DNA from: Escherichia coli
GTDB taxonomy: Bacteria > Pseudomonadota > Gammaproteobacteria > Enterobacterales > Enterobacteriaceae
NCBI RefSeq assembly: GCF_003334315.1
Contig: NZ_QOWR01000008.1
Length of the DNA stretch: 64,000 bases
Reading direction: 5' to 3' (one strand)
This document shows, piece after piece, positions 51,965 through 64,000 of the stretch. The notes beneath the pieces were generated by a model. The model was not told where the DNA came from. It ran no database searches and saw only the letters and a list, made by a program, of their open reading frames with translations. The number at the start of each line of letters is the position of its first letter. Position 1 is the first letter of the stretch. Made by a program: the position numbers and the translations under genes.

Positions 51965-52160
51965 GCTATGAACGCCATCACCATTTTCCCCTCGATTATA
52001 AAACTTGAGTTATTCAGTAGTCTCCCCTCTTGCAACTCACACCCAAAACTGCCTAACGAAAAGTTATTAATTTTCAATCATATTGCTATCAGGATTTACA
52101 TTTTTTCGCTGTGCTAGAAAGGGCGCATTTATGTTAGCTCGTTCAGGGAAGGTAAGCATG

Positions 52161-59234
<7,074 letters not shown>

Positions 59235-59253
59235 TTTTCCGTTATAATTTCTT

Positions 59254-59285
59254 AAAGAGTGCTCCATTCGGAGCACTCTTTTTTA
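59254..59285. terminator. bidirectional terminator between yeeJ and yeeL
   Basis: AAGAGTGCTCC-ATTC-GGAGCACTCTT followed by TTTT. Confidence 0.7.
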
Positions 59286-59495
59286 CATTCCCTCTATAGA
59301 GCTTGCCCTTCTCTCACAGAAAATGAATAAATAAAACTGCTGCACCGCAAGAATCGCGTTCGATGTGACTATGATCGTATCCGGTGAGTACAGCTTTGAT
59401 CCAAAGGCTGGTTTTCTGTGATGATTGACCAGCCTCAGAGTATTGATGACACCACCGTTCATAACAGATCGGCATTACTATGCATAAGTACTGTC

Positions 59496-60548
59496 TCATA
59501 TTCTCGCCAAAACACTTTTTAATGCCTTTGCGAATTCATCCAGACTTATATTGTCAATTTTTTGCCCAACGACGACTGACTCCGAAACATCGGCCATTGC
59601 GGGCCATCGCGTTTTGTAATCAGCATAAATTGCAACAACGGGAGTATTATAGGCACTTGCCATATGTAATATTGAGGTGTCAGGAGTTATTGCGATATAA
59701 GCATCTTTTATGATTGCTGCTGAACGTTTAATCGAGGGTGATAAGGATAAACGGTAGACATTATTATAACAATCCACTAATACCCTGGCTTTATCTTCCC
59801 CTTTTGGTCCATGAACGATCACTATTGGTATATCTGTTTCACTTTGAATTTTTGCTATTAGATTTTCTGCAATCGATAATGAAAATGTACGTTCCTGCGA
59901 GCTACCTTCTAAATTAAGCGCAATGTAAGATCCTAACGATCGCATTTCCTCGCGCACCTCATCGAGTACATCCTCACTTAGTGGCAATTCATATATTGGC
60001 CTGACTGCTGGAAAACCCGCCTCACGCATCATAAATGCCCATGTCATGGGTACAGGAGCCCGGATATTCTGATCCATCCGGGACGCGTTCTTGCACAAAG
60101 GGGAGTAGCACTTCATGGTTAAACCAACAACCTGAAAATTCGTTTTTGCTTTCAACTGACTGATAAATATCATCGTTTTCAGGTTCTTTTTACGCATCGC
60201 CTCTATACAAAGATCCGGCGTACCGTATTTCTGTGTTATGTTCTTTGCTAAATCTTTTATTTCTTTTAATGTTGCGTGATCCTGCATAGTCATTGTGACT
60301 AATGTTAATTTAGTCTTTTCAAGTTTAAGTGCATTAAACACTTCTAAATTAATTGTCGACGTAACAATTAAAAGATGCTTAATTTTATGCAATTCAAGCG
60401 CCCGAATAACAGGAAAGATGGCCATAGCATCGCCAATCTGGTCGGGAATATGGATGACAACAAAGTCTGTTTTTTCAATATTGAAATTATAAGCTTTATA
60501 ATCGTAGTAACTAAATGCAATACGTCTCAACAATGATGCTAAAAACAT
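59496..60548 (-). CDS. yeeL: glycosyltransferase family 9 (ADP-heptose heptosyltransferase-like), intact
   Basis: 350 aa; N-terminal HIPDQIGDAMAIFPVIRAL and C-terminal ITPDTSILHMASAYNTPVVAIY resemble WaaC/WaaF/WaaQ motifs; low GC content; a pseudogene in K-12. Confidence 0.75.
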   Translation of the reverse strand: MFLASLLRRIAFSYYDYKAYNFNIEKTDFVVIHIPDQIGDAMAIFPVIRALELHKIKHLLIVTSTINLEVFNALKLEKTKLTLVTMTMQDHATLKEIKDLAKNITQKYGTPDLCIEAMRKKNLKTMIFISQLKAKTNFQVVGLTMKCYSPLCKNASRMDQNIRAPVPMTWAFMMREAGFPAVRPIYELPLSEDVLDEVREEMRSLGSYIALNLEGSSQERTFSLSIAENLIAKIQSETDIPIVIVHGPKGEDKARVLVDCYNNVYRLSLSPSIKRSAAIIKDAYIAITPDTSILHMASAYNTPVVAIYADYKTRWPAMADVSESVVVGQKIDNISLDEFAKALKSVLARI

Positions 60549-60862
60549 ACCTAACCTCGCCTCCCTACTGGTTATAATGCAATGCAGTCTATCAGACTCA
60601 TCAGGGTGCCATTTTGTGCATATGCGGACTTTTATGTTTCATATCTCTAACCTGTGGGTCCTCTGCTTAATCCTTAAACAACACCAGCAACTCCTGCGCT
60701 TTCATCTTCCATCGAATTTTTCATGTTGCCGCTAATCAGCCATAAAATCATTTGCAGATGCGCTCTGTCGAGGTAGTCTCATAAGGTTCGTTTATAGATC
60801 GACGGCAATGTGAGTTACCTTTTCCATACTAATTATAAAAAGACAGTACAAACAGGATCATT

Positions 60863-62179
60863 ATGGACTCCACGCTCATCTCCACTCGTCCCGATGAAGG
60901 GACGCTTTCGTTAAGTCGCGCCCGACGAGCTGCGTTAGGCAGCTTCGCTGGTGCCGTCGTCGACTGGTATGATTTTTTACTCTATGGCATCACCGCCGCA
61001 CTGGTGTTTAATCGCGAGTTTTTCCCGCAAGTAAGCCCGGCGATGGGAACGCTCGCCGCATTTGCTACCTTTGGCGTCGGATTCCTTTTCCGTCCGCTCG
61101 GCGGTGTCATTTTCGGTCACTTTGGCGACCGACTGGGACGTAAGCGCATGTTAATGCTGACCGTCTGGATGATGGGCATCGCGACAGCCTTGATTGGTAT
61201 TCTTCCTTCATTCTCGACCATTGGGTGGTGGGCACCTATTTTGCTGGTGACACTGCGTGCCATTCAGGGATTTGCCGTCGGCGGCGAATGGGGAGGCGCG
61301 GCGTTGCTTTCCGTTGAAAGTGCACCGAAAAATAAAAAAGCCTTTTACAGTAGCGGTGTACAAGTTGGCTACGGTGTAGGTTTACTGCTTTCAACCGGAC
61401 TGGTTTCATTGATCAGTATGATGACGACTGACGAACAGTTTTTAAGCTGGGGCTGGCGCATTCCTTTCCTGTTTAGCATCGTACTGGTACTGGGAGCATT
61501 GTGGGTGCGCAATGGCATGGAGGAGTCCGCGGAATTTGAACAACAGCAACATTATCAAGCTGCCGCGAAAAAACGCATCCCGGTTATCGAAGCGCTGTTA
61601 CGACATCCCGGTGCTTTCCTGAAGATTATTGCGCTACGACTGTGCGAATTGCTGACGATGTACATCGTTACTGCCTTTGCACTTAATTATTCAACCCAGA
61701 ATATGGGGTTACCGCGCGAACTTTTCCTCAATATTGGTTTGCTGGTAGGTGGATTAAGCTGCCTGACAATTCCCTGTTTTGCCTGGCTTGCCGATCGTTT
61801 TGGTCGCCGCAGGGTTTATATCACAGGTGCGTTAATCGGAACGTTGAGCGCATTTCCTTTCTTTATGGCGCTTGAAGCACAATCTATTTTCTGGATAGTT
61901 TTCTTCTCCATAATGCTGGCAAACATTGCGCATGACATGGTGGTGTGTGTGCAACAACCGATGTTTACCGAAATGTTTGGTGCCAGTTATCGCTATAGTG
62001 GCGCTGGAGTCGGTTATCAGGTTGCCAGTGTGGTTGGCGGTGGATTTACACCTTTTATTGCCGCTGCACTCATCACTTACTTTGCCGGGAACTGGCATAG
62101 CGTCGCCATTTATTTGCTGGCTGGATGCCTGATTTCCGCAATGACCGCTTTGTTGATGAAAGACAGTCAACGCGCTTGA
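60863..62179 (+). CDS. shiA: shikimate/dehydroshikimate MFS transporter
   Basis: 438 aa with 12 transmembrane segments and MFS motif GHFGDRLGRKRM. Confidence 0.9.
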   Translation: MDSTLISTRPDEGTLSLSRARRAALGSFAGAVVDWYDFLLYGITAALVFNREFFPQVSPAMGTLAAFATFGVGFLFRPLGGVIFGHFGDRLGRKRMLMLTVWMMGIATALIGILPSFSTIGWWAPILLVTLRAIQGFAVGGEWGGAALLSVESAPKNKKAFYSSGVQVGYGVGLLLSTGLVSLISMMTTDEQFLSWGWRIPFLFSIVLVLGALWVRNGMEESAEFEQQQHYQAAAKKRIPVIEALLRHPGAFLKIIALRLCELLTMYIVTAFALNYSTQNMGLPRELFLNIGLLVGGLSCLTIPCFAWLADRFGRRRVYITGALIGTLSAFPFFMALEAQSIFWIVFFSIMLANIAHDMVVCVQQPMFTEMFGASYRYSGAGVGYQVASVVGGGFTPFIAAALITYFAGNWHSVAIYLLAGCLISAMTALLMKDSQRA

Positions 62180-62280
62180 TAGCCTGGCGAAGATCATCCG
62201 ATCTTCGCCTTACACTTTTGTTTCACATTTCTGTGACATACTATCGGATGTGCGGTAATTGTATGGAACAGGAGACACAC

Positions 62281-63735
62281 ATGAATAATAAGGGCTCCGG
62301 TCTGACCCCAGCTCAGGCACTGGATAAACTCGACGCGCTGTATGAGCAATCTGTAGTCGCATTACGCAACGCCATTGGCAACTATATTACAAGTGGCGAA
62401 TTACCTGATGAAAACGCCCGCAAACAAGGTCTTTTTGTCTATCCATCACTGACCGTAACCTGGGACGGTAGCACAACCAATCCCCCCAAAACGCGCGCAT
62501 TTGGTCGCTTTACCCACGCAGGCAGCTACACCACCACGATTACTCGCCCTACTCTCTTTCGTTCGTATCTTAATGAACAACTTACGTTGCTGTATCAGGA
62601 TTATGGTGCGCATATCTCAGTGCAACCCTCGCAGCATGAAATCCCTTATCCTTATGTCATCGATGGCTCTGAATTGACACTTGATCGCTCAATGAGCGCT
62701 GGGTTAACTCGCTACTTCCCGACAACAGAACTGGCGCAAATTGGCGATGAAACTGCAGACGGCATTTATCATCCAACTGAATTCTCCCCGCTATCGCATT
62801 TTGATGCGCGCCGCGTCGATTTTTCCCTCGCACGGTTGCGCCATTATACCGGTACGCCAGTTGAACATTTTCAGCCGTTCGTCTTGTTTACCAACTACAC
62901 ACGTTATGTGGATGAATTCGTTCGTTGGGGATGCAGCCAGATCCTCGATCCTGATAGTCCCTACATTGCCCTTTCTTGTGCTGGCGGGAACTGGATCACC
63001 GCCGAAACCGAAGCGCCAGAAGAAGCCATTTCCGACCTTGCATGGAAAAAACATCAGATGCCAGCATGGCATTTAATTACCGCCGATGGTCAGGGTATTA
63101 CTCTGGTGAATATTGGCGTGGGACCGTCAAATGCTAAAACCATCTGCGATCATCTGGCAGTGCTACGCCCGGATGTCTGGTTGATGATTGGTCACTGTGG
63201 CGGATTACGTGAAAGTCAGGCCATTGGCGATTATGTACTTGCACACGCTTATTTACGCGATGACCACGTTCTTGATGCGGTTCTGCCGCCCGATATTCCT
63301 ATTCCGAGCATTGCTGAAGTGCAACGTGCGCTTTATGACGCCACCAAGCTGGTGAGCGGCAGGCCCGGTGAGGAAGTCAAACAGCGGCTACGTACTGGTA
63401 CTGTGGTAACCACAGATGACAGGAACTGGGAATTACGTTACTCAGCTTCTGCACTTCGTTTTAACTTAAGCCGGGCCGTAGCAATTGATATGGAAAGTGC
63501 AACCATTGCCGCGCAAGGATATCGTTTCCGCGTGCCATACGGGACACTACTGTGTGTTTCAGATAAACCGTTGCATGGCGAGATTAAACTTCCCGGCCAG
63601 GCTAACCGTTTTTATGAAGGCGCTATTTCCGAACATCTGCAAATTGGCATTCGGGCGATCGATTTGCTGCGCGCAGAAGGCGACCGACTGCATTCGCGTA
63701 AATTACGAACCTTTAATGAGCCGCCGTTCCGATAA
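62281..63735 (+). CDS. amn: AMP nucleosidase
   Basis: MNNKGSGLTPAQALDKLDALYEQSV...; 484 aa; the ORF track begins 52 codons upstream. Confidence 0.9.
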   Translation: MNNKGSGLTPAQALDKLDALYEQSVVALRNAIGNYITSGELPDENARKQGLFVYPSLTVTWDGSTTNPPKTRAFGRFTHAGSYTTTITRPTLFRSYLNEQLTLLYQDYGAHISVQPSQHEIPYPYVIDGSELTLDRSMSAGLTRYFPTTELAQIGDETADGIYHPTEFSPLSHFDARRVDFSLARLRHYTGTPVEHFQPFVLFTNYTRYVDEFVRWGCSQILDPDSPYIALSCAGGNWITAETEAPEEAISDLAWKKHQMPAWHLITADGQGITLVNIGVGPSNAKTICDHLAVLRPDVWLMIGHCGGLRESQAIGDYVLAHAYLRDDHVLDAVLPPDIPIPSIAEVQRALYDATKLVSGRPGEEVKQRLRTGTVVTTDDRNWELRYSASALRFNLSRAVAIDMESATIAAQGYRFRVPYGTLLCVSDKPLHGEIKLPGQANRFYEGAISEHLQIGIRAIDLLRAEGDRLHSRKLRTFNEPPFR

Positions 63736-64000
63736 TAAGTTCTGAACCTTCTTATCAGAAATAGATGTGAAGGAGTAAGTAAGACACCTGGCAAATAGCC
63801 TGCAATAATCGTGGGCTGTTTGCTTCCTTGGGCGGATACGAGTTTTATTATCGTCTTAATGATTTCCACATATTAAAAGCAAGTATGCTTTCAAAACACA
63901 ATTATAAAAAATCCCGCCAACAATATAAGTTTTTATAAAATTAAATATAAGATTATGGCTTTAGAATATTTTTATTTCTAATAGACGAGATTTTTCCTGT

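Noticed and set aside
62125-62280. 52-codon N-terminal extension of amn overlapping the shiA 3' end
   Set aside because: Amn begins MNNKGSGLTPAQ, preceded by a GGAGA Shine-Dalgarno. The extension is an ORF-caller artefact.

Overview
This window is a contiguous piece of the Escherichia coli core chromosome, running from yecA to amn (the 43–44 min region of the K-12 map). I recognised essentially every ORF of 100 aa or more from remembered E. coli protein sequences, not from a database search. In order, the window holds: the 3' end region of yecA; the leuZ-cysT-glyW tRNA cluster; pgsA; the uvrYC operon; yecF; sdiA; the cystine ABC/desulfhydrase genes tcyN-tcyL-dcyD-tcyJ(fliY); and fliZ-fliA. 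Next come fliC, the divergent fliDST genes, amyA, yedD, yedEF, yedK, and the large flagellar operons fliE and fliFGHIJK and fliLMNOPQR. These are followed by rcsA, dsrB, yodD, the sRNA dsrA, yedP, dgcQ(yedQ), yodC, yedI, yedA, the overlapping vsr/dcm pair, yedJ, yedR and an intact porin gene yedS. The window ends with hchA, the hprSR(yedVW)-hiuH-msrPQ locus, zinT, yodB, tRNA-Ser serU, mtfA, tRNA-Asn asnT, the giant adhesin gene yeeJ, an intact yeeL, shiA and amn. The strain is clearly not K-12. Its fliC central domain differs from H48 and encodes a 436-aa flagellin. The yedL-yedN-yedM block between yedK and fliE is absent. yedS and yeeL are uninterrupted ORFs, whereas both are pseudogenes in K-12. 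I could not find any inserted island, CRISPR array, prophage or unexplained multi-gene block. I do not think the window contains an undescribed system. The most interesting items are strain-level accessory differences: an intact GT9 heptosyltransferase-like yeeL next to yeeJ, an intact yedS, and the fliC allele. There are also several candidate small RNAs at the positions expected for SdsN, RseX and FliX, and an unannotated ORF plus terminator downstream of yodB. The ORF track over-extends the N-terminus of about a dozen genes, and I have trimmed those starts.
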